From Nitrospinaceae bacterium (GTDB lineage: Bacteria; Nitrospinota; Nitrospinia; Nitrospinales; VA-1), in contig JBHHVU010000009.1 in the NCBI GenBank assembly GCA_046754465.1, positions 17,735 to 81,734 on the forward strand: a stretch of DNA of 64,000 nucleotides, written 5' to 3'. The translations under genes were made by a program, and so were the position numbers. The notes under the pieces are model-generated. The model saw only the letters and a program-made list of their open reading frames with translations. It was not told the origin of the DNA and did not search any database. Positions 39,651 to 48,664 of the stretch are shown piece after piece; position 1 is the stretch's first letter; the number at the start of each line of letters is the position of its first letter.

Positions 39651-41696
39651 TTGAATTTAATCACCGTGGGGGGAATCCTCTTCATTGCCTTGATATTGCA
39701 AGGGCTGTTGACGCAAAAGCGTTGGATCATCCTGACGGCCACCGCAACGGGGACGCTTCTCACCTTGTTGAGTCTCCTTGGGTTCCCCGCGAGCGCCAGG
39801 GTCTGGCCGGACCTTCTCAACCATGCGCTGATCCTGATCGGAATCGGGTTGACCACCGTCCTTTGCCTGATTCACCAGAAAAGAGAGAAAAAACTGCGCA
39901 TCTCTCACAACCTACTGGCCGCCATCCGGCTGGCGCAATCCAGGTTCATCCCCGATCCCAACCCAAGACTGTTGTTCGAAGAGCTTCAGGGAAAAATCCT
40001 GTCCCTGACTCAAAGCGAATTCGGCTTTATCGGGGAAATTTTTTACACGGAAGCCGGGAAACCCTACGTCAAAACCCACGCCATCACCAACATCGCCTGG
40101 AACGAGGAGACGCAAAAATTTTACGAAAAATATATTGAAATCGGCATGGAGTTTCACAACATGGACACCCTGTTCGGTGTGGTGATCACTACCGGAAACC
40201 CGGTGGTGTCCAACAGCCCATCCACCGATGCCCGGAGCGGAGGCCTGCCCGAAGGACACCCTCCCCTCAAATCCTTCCTGGGACTGCCTTTTTATTTTGG
40301 TACCCGGCTGATCGGAATGGTTGGCATGGCCAACCGGCCCGGAGGCTACGATGGGGAATGGATCGCGTATCTGGAACCTTACCTGGCCACCTGTTCTCAT
40401 CTCATCGTGGCATACCGGAATGAGCAACAACGTGCCTTGGTATTGAAGCAGCTTGAAGAGAGTAAGGAGCGCTATCGGATTATTTATAACCAGATACTTT
40501 CCATCGTCAAGGGAACTTCCACCGCCACCACCGGTAAAAAGTTTTTTAATTCCCTAGTGGTCCACCTCGCCTCGGCGTTGAATGTCAAGTTCGCCTTCCT
40601 GTCGGTAATAATAGAAGAGAACAAGGACCAAATGCGAACCATCGCCTTCTTCGCCGATGGAGAAATCGTGGAGAATATCGAATACGAAATAAGGGGCACC
40701 CCCTGCGAACAGTTGGTCAACGGTCAAACCGCCGCCGTTTTCCCTGACCGGATTCAAGAACGGTTTCCCGAGGATCGGTCCCTGAAAGAATGGGAATTGG
40801 AAAGCTACATGGGGGTTCCGGTTTTCGACGGATCCGGAAACCTCGCCGGTCTCCTGGGAGTGATGAACAATAAACCGATTCCCGATGTCACGAATATTCA
40901 GGCCATCCTTTCCATTTTTGCCGCCCGCGCGGAAGCGGAGTTGCAAAGAATGTGGGCAGAGGAGGGCCTCCATGTCAGCAGCATAAAACTGGAGCACAGC
41001 AACCGGGAACTGCAAAACTTCGCTTCGATCGCCTCCCACGACCTGCAGGAACCCTTGCGCAAAATCATTATCTTTGGAGACCGCCTGGCGATAAGCATGA
41101 CCAGCGATGTTTCCAAGGCCCGGGACTACCTGGAACGAATGCAAAAGTCCGCCGGGAGGATGCAGCAATTCATCCAAGACCTCCTGCAATTTTCCCGGGT
41201 AACCAGCCGGAAAAAAACGTTTGAACCCTCTAATCTCAATACCATTATCGACGAGGTGGTCGAGAACCTGGAAACGAGAATCGCCCAAACCAGAGGAACC
41301 GTCAATGTTTCCCAACTGCCCACGGTGGAGGCGGATCCCTTTCAAATGCGCCAGCTGTTTCAAAATCTGTTCTCTAATTCCCTCAAATATCACCGGGGGG
41401 GAGTCCCCCCTGTCGTCAATGTAAGCAGTTCCCCCAAGGAAAACGGGTCGTGGAAAATTACCGTGCAGGACAACGGAATCGGTTTCGATGAAAAATACAC
41501 GGAACGGATCTTCAAACCCTTCGAACGTTTGCACGGCTCCACGGCCTATGAAGGCACCGGCATGGGGCTGGCGATTTGCAAAAAGATCGTGGACGGCCAC
41601 AAAGGGGTGATCACTGTGAAGAGCCAGCCGCGGGCAGGAACCACGTTCACCATTTACCTGCCCGAAACACAACCCGCAAAGCAAAGCATCGTCTGA
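39651..41696 (+). CDS. Membrane sensor histidine kinase with two GAF domains
   Basis: N-terminal TMs; GAF motifs FLGLPF and YMGVPV; H-box ASHDLQEPLR; DNGIGF and GTGMGL; start uncertain. Confidence 0.92.
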   Translation: MNLITVGGILFIALILQGLLTQKRWIILTATATGTLLTLLSLLGFPASARVWPDLLNHALILIGIGLTTVLCLIHQKREKKLRISHNLLAAIRLAQSRFIPDPNPRLLFEELQGKILSLTQSEFGFIGEIFYTEAGKPYVKTHAITNIAWNEETQKFYEKYIEIGMEFHNMDTLFGVVITTGNPVVSNSPSTDARSGGLPEGHPPLKSFLGLPFYFGTRLIGMVGMANRPGGYDGEWIAYLEPYLATCSHLIVAYRNEQQRALVLKQLEESKERYRIIYNQILSIVKGTSTATTGKKFFNSLVVHLASALNVKFAFLSVIIEENKDQMRTIAFFADGEIVENIEYEIRGTPCEQLVNGQTAAVFPDRIQERFPEDRSLKEWELESYMGVPVFDGSGNLAGLLGVMNNKPIPDVTNIQAILSIFAARAEAELQRMWAEEGLHVSSIKLEHSNRELQNFASIASHDLQEPLRKIIIFGDRLAISMTSDVSKARDYLERMQKSAGRMQQFIQDLLQFSRVTSRKKTFEPSNLNTIIDEVVENLETRIAQTRGTVNVSQLPTVEADPFQMRQLFQNLFSNSLKYHRGGVPPVVNVSSSPKENGSWKITVQDNGIGFDEKYTERIFKPFERLHGSTAYEGTGMGLAICKKIVDGHKGVITVKSQPRAGTTFTIYLPETQPAKQSIV

Positions 41697-41977
41697 ACGA
41701 TACGATACCGGAAATGGAATCCGGTAAGGCCGCACCCGCCATTCGCAAAGAGGACTTTCTCAAGGGAAAAAACCGTGGGGCGGGACGCTGGAAAATATAT
41801 TTGCTATTTCGCGGAACCCCTTATATAAAAAAGTACGCTCACCGGAATTCCGGCGGGGAACCCTCGGACACCCACCGCGCCGGGGACTGTTTCCAGGTTT
41901 TCCGAATGGGAAGGCATCCCCTTCAAAATACCGTTGTAAAAATGAAACATAAGGATCGAGGCCTTCGGGGAATGGGT

Positions 41978-42007
41978 TTGACAATATTTCCAAAGGCTTG
42001 ATAGACT
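41978..42007 (+). promoter_or_regulatory. Possible sigma70 promoter upstream of thpR-recA
   Basis: TTGACA-N18-TAGACT with extended -10 TG; it abuts the annotated GTG start. Confidence 0.45.
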
Positions 42008-42595
42008 GTGGACGCCTTAAGGCTGTTTCTCGCGATCGATATTCCGGACTTCGCCCGGGAAAAAATCGCCGAGGTTCAGAATGATTTCAAAATGCTGAAT
42101 CTGGACGCCGCCTGGGTCAATCCGGCCAAAATTCACCTAACCATGAAGTTTTTAGGAAACACCCTCCCCCGGTTGATTCCTGAAATTAAAGAGCGTATGG
42201 TTAAAATCACTCTCCCGGTCCGGCGGTTCCATGTTTGTCTGGACCAGGTGGGCGTGTTTCCCAATTTAAACCGGCCGCGTGTCCTGTGGGTGGGCCTTCA
42301 GGATCCCCAAGGACAACTCATTGAATTGAGGAAAAAGATAGAAGACGAGATGGCCGGCCTGGATTTTCACCGGGAAACCAAAGCCGGGATTCCACACCTC
42401 ACCCTGGCGCGGATCAAATCCGGCCGGAACAGGAGCCGGTTGAAGCAGGAAGTGGAGTCCGGCCGGAAAATATCGGCGGAACCGATCGAAGTGCGATCGG
42501 TGCACCTGATTCAAAGCCGGTTGACCCGAGAAGGACCGGTCTACACCGTGTTGGATCAGTTTCCCTTGAGTGGAACCGGGGACGGGCAATCATGA
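42008..42595 (+). CDS. thpR: RNA 2',3'-cyclic phosphodiesterase (2H family)
   Basis: RLFLAI, two HLT motifs, RPRVLW. Confidence 0.92.
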   Translation: MDALRLFLAIDIPDFAREKIAEVQNDFKMLNLDAAWVNPAKIHLTMKFLGNTLPRLIPEIKERMVKITLPVRRFHVCLDQVGVFPNLNRPRVLWVGLQDPQGQLIELRKKIEDEMAGLDFHRETKAGIPHLTLARIKSGRNRSRLKQEVESGRKISAEPIEVRSVHLIQSRLTREGPVYTVLDQFPLSGTGDGQS

Positions 42596-42640
42596 ATCCA
42601 AAATTTGAACCGCTTCGCTCACCAGTCATAAGGAGGCTCC

Positions 42641-43720
42641 ATGGGGTCGGACGATAGAGAAAAAGCATTGGAACTGGCGTTCATGCAGATCGAAAAACAA
42701 TTTGGCAAAGGATCGATCATGAAACTGGGCCAGGCCGAAAGTCTGAAAGGGATCCCGGTCATATCCACCGGGTCCATTTCCCTGGACAACGCGCTGGGAG
42801 TCGGCGGGGTGCCCCGGGGAAGGATCATCGAGATATTCGGTCCGGAGGCTTCGGGTAAGACCAGCATCAGCCTTCACATCATCGCCGAGGCTCAAAAGGT
42901 TGGTGGGGTCGCGGCCTTCATCGACGCGGAACACGCGCTGGACCCCAAATACGCGAACGCGCTGGGAGTCAATCTGGATGACCTGCTTCTTTCCCAGCCG
43001 GACACCGGCGAGCAGACGCTGGAAATCGCCGAGGTCCTGGTCCGCAGCGGCGCGGTGGACTTGATTGTCATCGATTCCGTGGCCGCCCTGGTTCCCAAGG
43101 CGGAACTGGACGGTGATATGGGCGATTCACACATGGGCCTGCAAGCAAGATTGATGTCCCAGGCCATGAGAAAACTCGCCGGTGTAGTCAACAAATCCAA
43201 CACCTGTCTGATCTTCATCAACCAGATTCGGATGAAAATCGGGGTGATGTTCGGCAATCCCGAAACCACCACCGGCGGCAATGCGCTCAAGTTTTACTCT
43301 TCCGTCCGGCTCGATATCCGCCGCATCGCCGCGATCAAGGATGGCGACAGGGTGATTGGTAATCGGACGCGCATCAAAGTGGTCAAAAACAAGGTCGCTC
43401 CTCCTTTCCGGGATTGTGAATTCGATATCCGTTACGGGCTGGGGATTTCCAAGACCGCCGATCTTTTGGATTTGGCCGTTACCCATAATATTGTTTCCAA
43501 AAGCGGCACCTGGTTCTCCTATCAGGAAACCCGCATCGGCCAGGGACGTGAAAACGCCAGGAAATTCCTGGAGGAAGACACTGCCATGGCAGAGCGAATT
43601 GAAACACAACTGAGGGAAAAACTGGAATTGCCCATGCCGAACCAGGAGGAGCCCGTCTCTGCCAATCCCGAACCACCAACCGGTAAAGGGAGGAAGACGG
43701 CAAAAACCGCCTCTTCCTGA
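42641..43720 (+). CDS. recA: Recombinase A
   Basis: [39 protein letters not shown]. Confidence 0.99.
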   Translation: MGSDDREKALELAFMQIEKQFGKGSIMKLGQAESLKGIPVISTGSISLDNALGVGGVPRGRIIEIFGPEASGKTSISLHIIAEAQKVGGVAAFIDAEHALDPKYANALGVNLDDLLLSQPDTGEQTLEIAEVLVRSGAVDLIVIDSVAALVPKAELDGDMGDSHMGLQARLMSQAMRKLAGVVNKSNTCLIFINQIRMKIGVMFGNPETTTGGNALKFYSSVRLDIRRIAAIKDGDRVIGNRTRIKVVKNKVAPPFRDCEFDIRYGLGISKTADLLDLAVTHNIVSKSGTWFSYQETRIGQGRENARKFLEEDTAMAERIETQLREKLELPMPNQEEPVSANPEPPTGKGRKTAKTASS

Positions 43721-43731
43721 ACCAGGAGGCC

Positions 43732-44289
43732 ATGCCAACCCACGATGAATTAAAAAAAGCCCGGTCGTTTGCTTTCAAGCTCCTTTCCTACAAAGACCGC
43801 ACCCGGCAGGAAATCGCCGGCCGCCTGCTCCAAAAAGGATTTTCCTCTTCCATCATCCAAAAAACCCTCGACGGCTTGACCAGCCTCCACTACCTTGACG
43901 ACAAGCGATTCGCCCTCGACTGGGGCCGTTCCCGCATCGAAACGAAAAAGGTAGCCAAACGAAAACTCTGGCAGGAATTATCCGCCAAGGGGCTGGAACC
44001 GGAAATCATTGGCCAGACCCTGGACATTCTTTATTCCGAAATTGACGAAACCATGCTGGCGAAACGGTGCGCCCAAAAAAAACTTTCTCTCCTTAAGGGG
44101 CTCGGCCTGGAAATTCAGAAACGCCGGCTGGCTCAATTCCTGTACCGAAAGGGGTACCCCTCTGACATCATTTTCCAAACCGTGAATGAATTGATTCCCC
44201 GTTCCGGCGATGAGGCCCCTTCCCCCCTCGGGAGACGCCACCCAGTTCAGGACGGCGGAAAATCCTTCACCTCCTGTGACCCCGATTAA
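43732..44289 (+). CDS. recX: Regulatory protein RecX
   Basis: LLSYKDRT, YLDDKRFA, FLYRKGY; follows recA. Confidence 0.9.
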   Translation: MPTHDELKKARSFAFKLLSYKDRTRQEIAGRLLQKGFSSSIIQKTLDGLTSLHYLDDKRFALDWGRSRIETKKVAKRKLWQELSAKGLEPEIIGQTLDILYSEIDETMLAKRCAQKKLSLLKGLGLEIQKRRLAQFLYRKGYPSDIIFQTVNELIPRSGDEAPSPLGRRHPVQDGGKSFTSCDPD

Positions 44290-44292
44290 CCG

Positions 44293-45066
44293 ATGATGGA
44301 TATTTCACTCGTCCTGCCTCATCCCGTAATAGCGGGAATGGTATTTGTATTCGGCCTTTTGATCGGAAGTTTTTCCAACGTGTGCATTTACCGGCTGCCC
44401 CGGCGGGAGTCGGTGGTGTTTCCTGGTTCGCGGTGTCCCGAATGCAGCACTCCCATCCGGGCGATGGACAATATTCCGGTCTTCAGTTACCTGTTTCTTC
44501 TGGGACAGTGCCGGTTCTGCGGTTCCCGCATTTCGTTCGTCTATCCTTTCACCGAACTGGTCACGGCGCTCCTGGTCACGGCGGTATTCTTGCGGTTCGG
44601 GTGGACCTGGGAATTCCTGATCTATGTCATTGTCTGCCCTGCCCTGTTAGTGATCACCGTCATCGACGCCAGGCACAAGATCATTCCCGACAAAATCACC
44701 CTGCCCGGCATGGTTTTTGGCTTGGCCGCGGGAACGTATCTGGTCGGCATTTGGGCTTCCCTGCTCGGATTTCTCGTGGGCGGTGGTTTGTTTTACCTGG
44801 TCGCGGTATTGAGCCGGGGAGGAATGGGCGGCGGCGACATCAAGTTCATCGCCGCGGCCGGCGCTCTCCTGGGATGGAAAAAAATTCTCCTCATCATTTT
44901 TCTGGGAGCTGTATTAGGATCTATTGCCGGGCTGGCATGGATGGTGGTAAAGAAAAAAGGGCGGAAAAGCCAGATACCCTTTGGTCCCTTCCTCGCCGTG
45001 GGCACTTTAATCGCCATATTTTTCGGCGATGAACTCATTCACCTTTACCTGGTGATGATGACATAA
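44293..45066 (+). CDS. pilD: Prepilin peptidase/N-methyltransferase
   Basis: GSFSNVCIYRLP, CPEC...CRFC, GMGGGDIK, IPFGPFL. Confidence 0.95.
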   Translation: MMDISLVLPHPVIAGMVFVFGLLIGSFSNVCIYRLPRRESVVFPGSRCPECSTPIRAMDNIPVFSYLFLLGQCRFCGSRISFVYPFTELVTALLVTAVFLRFGWTWEFLIYVIVCPALLVITVIDARHKIIPDKITLPGMVFGLAAGTYLVGIWASLLGFLVGGGLFYLVAVLSRGGMGGGDIKFIAAAGALLGWKKILLIIFLGAVLGSIAGLAWMVVKKKGRKSQIPFGPFLAVGTLIAIFFGDELIHLYLVMMT

Positions 45067-45128
45067 AATTAACGATCCGGGTCAAGTCCCTTCGCTAATC
45101 ATGAACCCTTTGAAAGAGGTTTCGAATC

Positions 45129-45764
45129 ATGGAAAACGATGAAAAGAATCAGGAAGGAATCTCACCCAAGGAGGAAAACGGGGATCAAGAAAAACCGGCC
45201 GGGCAAAAACCGGACGCCGCATTGGAGGCCCGCATCAGCAAAATGACCCAGTTGATGGAGACATTTTCATCGGAACTGGAAACCATTAAGTTAAATATTC
45301 AAAAAAGAAAAAGCGAAAACACCACCCTGAAAATCCTGTTCTATACCGGACTCATCGTCTTGCTTCTCGGTTTCCTTTATACCAACTCGACCCTGCAACG
45401 GGCCCAGCTCCAAAGCCTGGAATCCAATATCGATACCCTGCAGAACCGGATGAACCGGGAATTGGTCATCGTCGAAAAAAACCTGTACAGGGAAATCCAG
45501 CGAATCGAAGACAGGATCCAGGACCTGAGCGGAAACGATTTGATCGGCGTGCTCCAACGGATGAACGACTCCCTCTCACGCTGGAATCCTGGAAACGAAA
45601 AGACCGCGGGACTGATCCAGGAAGTCCTGAAAAATTCCAGGGAACTCCTCGCGGTCTACGGGGAACAGAAGAACTCACAAACGGAAAAACCGGAAACCGG
45701 GAAAAGCGCCGGCAAGGGAGAAGCAAAAAACACCGGATCGGATGACCGGGAGTTGAAGGAATAA
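45129..45764 (+). CDS. Single-TM coiled-coil hypothetical protein
   Basis: Heptad-like segments on both sides of ILFYTGLIVLLLGFLY. Confidence 0.75.
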   Translation: MENDEKNQEGISPKEENGDQEKPAGQKPDAALEARISKMTQLMETFSSELETIKLNIQKRKSENTTLKILFYTGLIVLLLGFLYTNSTLQRAQLQSLESNIDTLQNRMNRELVIVEKNLYREIQRIEDRIQDLSGNDLIGVLQRMNDSLSRWNPGNEKTAGLIQEVLKNSRELLAVYGEQKNSQTEKPETGKSAGKGEAKNTGSDDRELKE

Positions 45765-45769
45765 CCCCC

Positions 45770-46714
45770 TCATTCCACGGCAAAAACCATTTCGATTTCG
45801 TTCTGTTGGTCCGGTTCCGGTTGCCAGCCGAGGGCCGCGAGGTTTTCTGGCACCTGGTTTTCATTTTTGACCCCCACCAGGGCCGTCGTCAGCCCCGGTT
45901 GCCGGATCACCCAGTTGAGCGCCGTCTGACCGCAGGTTTTGCCCAGGGCCTGGGCGATTTTCTTCAACCGGTCCACTTTCTCGATATTTTTCTCGAAACC
46001 CGCTCCCGTAAATGTCCCGAGTATCCCCTTGCTCCGCCAGTCGTCGAAACGGGTGGTTTTATCGTATTTTCCCGTAAGCACCCCGGAGGCAAGCGGACTG
46101 TATGCGATGATGCCGATATCGTTTTCGACGCAAAAGGGGACGGTCTCCTGCTCGATGGACCGATTCAGAAGGCTGTACTCGGGCTGCAAAGAGACCAGGG
46201 TTCCAAATTTCAGGCATTCTTTCATCTGCTCCACGGAATAATTACTCACACCGATGAAACGGATCTTGCCTTTTTTCTGGATGGCCAGCAAGGCCTCCAT
46301 CGTTTCCTCCTGCGGGGTGTCCTCATCGGGCCAATGCACTTGATAGAGATCGATCACGTCCGTTTGAAGACGTTTCAGACTTTGATCGATTTCCTTCAAA
46401 ATGGACTCCTTTTTACAGTTGCGCCTGATCCCGCCCAGCTTTTCCCGGGTCCATACCAAACCGCACTTGGTGGCAAAAATCACCTTGTCCCGATGAGGTT
46501 TGAGCGTTTTGCCCAGCAATTCCTCCGAATGCCCGAACCCGTAAACCGGGGCGGTATCGAAAAAGTTGACTCCCAGGTCAAAAGCCTTGAGGATGGCCCG
46601 GGCGGACAATTCATCCCCCTCACTATGCCAAAAAGGGGCGCCGCCGATGCCCCAGCCGCCAAAGCCGATGACCGAGACTTCAAGGTCGCTACCACCCAGT
46701 TTTCTGTATTCCAT
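45770..46714 (-). CDS. Aldo/keto reductase
   Basis: GFGGW, FDTAPVYG, ATKCG, DLYQVHWPD, YSPLASG; start reset to ATG 46714. Confidence 0.93.
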   Translation of the reverse strand: MEYRKLGGSDLEVSVIGFGGWGIGGAPFWHSEGDELSARAILKAFDLGVNFFDTAPVYGFGHSEELLGKTLKPHRDKVIFATKCGLVWTREKLGGIRRNCKKESILKEIDQSLKRLQTDVIDLYQVHWPDEDTPQEETMEALLAIQKKGKIRFIGVSNYSVEQMKECLKFGTLVSLQPEYSLLNRSIEQETVPFCVENDIGIIAYSPLASGVLTGKYDKTTRFDDWRSKGILGTFTGAGFEKNIEKVDRLKKIAQALGKTCGQTALNWVIRQPGLTTALVGVKNENQVPENLAALGWQPEPDQQNEIEMVFAVE

Positions 46715-46749
46715 GACACAGTCCCTCAATCGATTGATGCCGGTTGGGG

Positions 46750-46778
46750 TTGACATTATTTGAAGTGAAAAATACCAT
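46750..46778 (+). promoter_or_regulatory. sigma70 promoter for the ABC exporter
   Basis: TTGACA-N17-TACCAT. Confidence 0.6.
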
Positions 46779-46875
46779 GATACATGTACGATTGACAGAA
46801 ACTATTTTTTTCCTTTCAACCTTCGGCCCCTTTCCAGGAACCAGAAACCGGGAAACCGGCTGACCAGCGCTTTAT

Positions 46876-48600
46876 ATGAAATCCCTGTTGCGGGTATTGA
46901 GCTATTTGAAGCCCTATAAAAACTACGTCACCCTGACGTTGTTTTTCGCGATTCTCACGACGCTCCTGGACCTCATCCCCCCCTGGCTGATCAAGGTCAT
47001 CATCGACCTGCTGGTGGAAGATGGCGGGTCCTCGATGATTTACGGGGCCATCGCCGCCCTCTTTCTGGTTTTTCTCGCCAGGAATTTTTCCAATTACAAA
47101 CGGATCATGGTGAACAACACCGTCGAGCAAAAAGTTGTTTTCGACATGCGGTCCGAGGTGTACCGGGCCTTGCAGAAGCTCTCGCTGAATTATTTCGAGA
47201 ACCGGTCCACCGGAGAACTCATGTCCCGCGTCAACGACGATGTCAATTACGTGGAGCGGATATTCATCGATGGGGTGGAGCAGGTGGTGACCGCCGTGCT
47301 GACCCTGGTTGGCATCACCGTCATTTTATTTTACCTGCATTGGAAACTGGCCCTGGTGTCGCTGCTGCCCATCCCGTTCCTGGTGTTCGGCGCCTGGAAA
47401 TACACGCTCCGGGCGCACAGTTTGTACCACATCGTCCGCGAACGGGCCGCGAAAATGAACGCGATTCTTCAGGATACCCTCTCCGGCATCCGGGAAACCC
47501 TGTCCTACAACCGCCAACCCCATGAGATTCGGCGGTTCGAGGAACGCAGCCGGAACTATTGCGACGGCACCCTCAAGGTGATGAGCCTTTGGGCAATTTA
47601 TTCTCCCTCGATGATGTTTGCCGGTTCACTGGGGACGGTCCTTATTTTATTTTATGGGATCGGACTGGTGCAGTCGGGGGCGATCACCATCGGGTCGCTG
47701 GTGGCCTTCCTGGGATATCTCGCCTTGTTCTACACCCCCATCAACCAGTTGCATTCGGTCAACCACATGCTGCAACACGCCCTGGCTTCCGGAGAGAGAC
47801 TGTTTGAGATCATTGACGTCATACCCGAAGTCGCCGATATCCCCGGCGCCTATCTCCCTTCCACCAATGTGCGGGGAGGATTGCGTTTCGACCGGGTCAG
47901 TTTCTCTTATATAAAGGGGAAACCGGCCATCCAGGATATTTCCTTTGACATAGAGCCGGGGGAAAAGATCGCCCTGGTCGGCCACACCGGCAGCGGGAAA
48001 TCCACTATCGTCAAACTCCTCATGCGGTTTTACGACGTCGATGCCGGGAGCATCTGGATCGACGCACACCGCATCCGCGATCTGAAACTTTCCTATATTC
48101 GGGAACAAATGGGCCTGGTTTCTCAAGACCCGTTTCTATTCAATGGAACCGTGGCGGAAAACATCCTGTACGGCAATATCGAGGCGGACCGGGAAAAAGT
48201 GATGCAGGCCGCCCAGGCGGCTCACGCCGACGACTTCATCCAGAACCTCCCCTTGAAATACGATACCGTGGTCGGGGAGCGGGGGGTTAAGCTGTCCGGA
48301 GGGGAAAAGCACCGCATCGCCATCGCGCGGGCCTTCCTCAAGGACCCGCCGATTCTCATCCTCGACGAGGCCACCGCGACGGTGGATACGAAAACCGAGG
48401 CCAAAATCAAGGAGGCGTTGCAGCACCTGATGGCCTCACGCACCACGCTCATCATCGCCCACCGGCTCTCCACCCTCGAGGGGGCGGACCGCATCCTGGT
48501 CATGAAGGAGGGGCACCTGGTGGAAACCGGCACCCACGAGGAACTCATCCAGCAACCTTCCGAATACGGCAACCTCTTCCGCAATCAGGTTCATCTATAA
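46876..48600 (+). CDS. ABC exporter, fused TMD-NBD (MsbA/MdlB-like)
   Basis: 6-TM domain, GHTGSGKS, LSGGE, ILDEAT, AHRLST. Confidence 0.93.
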   Translation: MKSLLRVLSYLKPYKNYVTLTLFFAILTTLLDLIPPWLIKVIIDLLVEDGGSSMIYGAIAALFLVFLARNFSNYKRIMVNNTVEQKVVFDMRSEVYRALQKLSLNYFENRSTGELMSRVNDDVNYVERIFIDGVEQVVTAVLTLVGITVILFYLHWKLALVSLLPIPFLVFGAWKYTLRAHSLYHIVRERAAKMNAILQDTLSGIRETLSYNRQPHEIRRFEERSRNYCDGTLKVMSLWAIYSPSMMFAGSLGTVLILFYGIGLVQSGAITIGSLVAFLGYLALFYTPINQLHSVNHMLQHALASGERLFEIIDVIPEVADIPGAYLPSTNVRGGLRFDRVSFSYIKGKPAIQDISFDIEPGEKIALVGHTGSGKSTIVKLLMRFYDVDAGSIWIDAHRIRDLKLSYIREQMGLVSQDPFLFNGTVAENILYGNIEADREKVMQAAQAAHADDFIQNLPLKYDTVVGERGVKLSGGEKHRIAIARAFLKDPPILILDEATATVDTKTEAKIKEALQHLMASRTTLIIAHRLSTLEGADRILVMKEGHLVETGTHEELIQQPSEYGNLFRNQVHL

Positions 48601-48664
48601 AGCCACAGGGAACAGGCCCGGTTTTTGGAACCCGGTTTGTTTCAATCAATTTAATTTATTACTT

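Noticed and set aside
41700..41970. GC-rich intergenic stretch considered as tRNA or ncRNA
   Set aside because: No cloverleaf, T-loop or riboswitch consensus recognised; only small hairpins.
42596..42640. LexA/SOS box upstream of recA
   Set aside because: No match to CTGT-N8-ACAG or GAAC-N4-GTTC.
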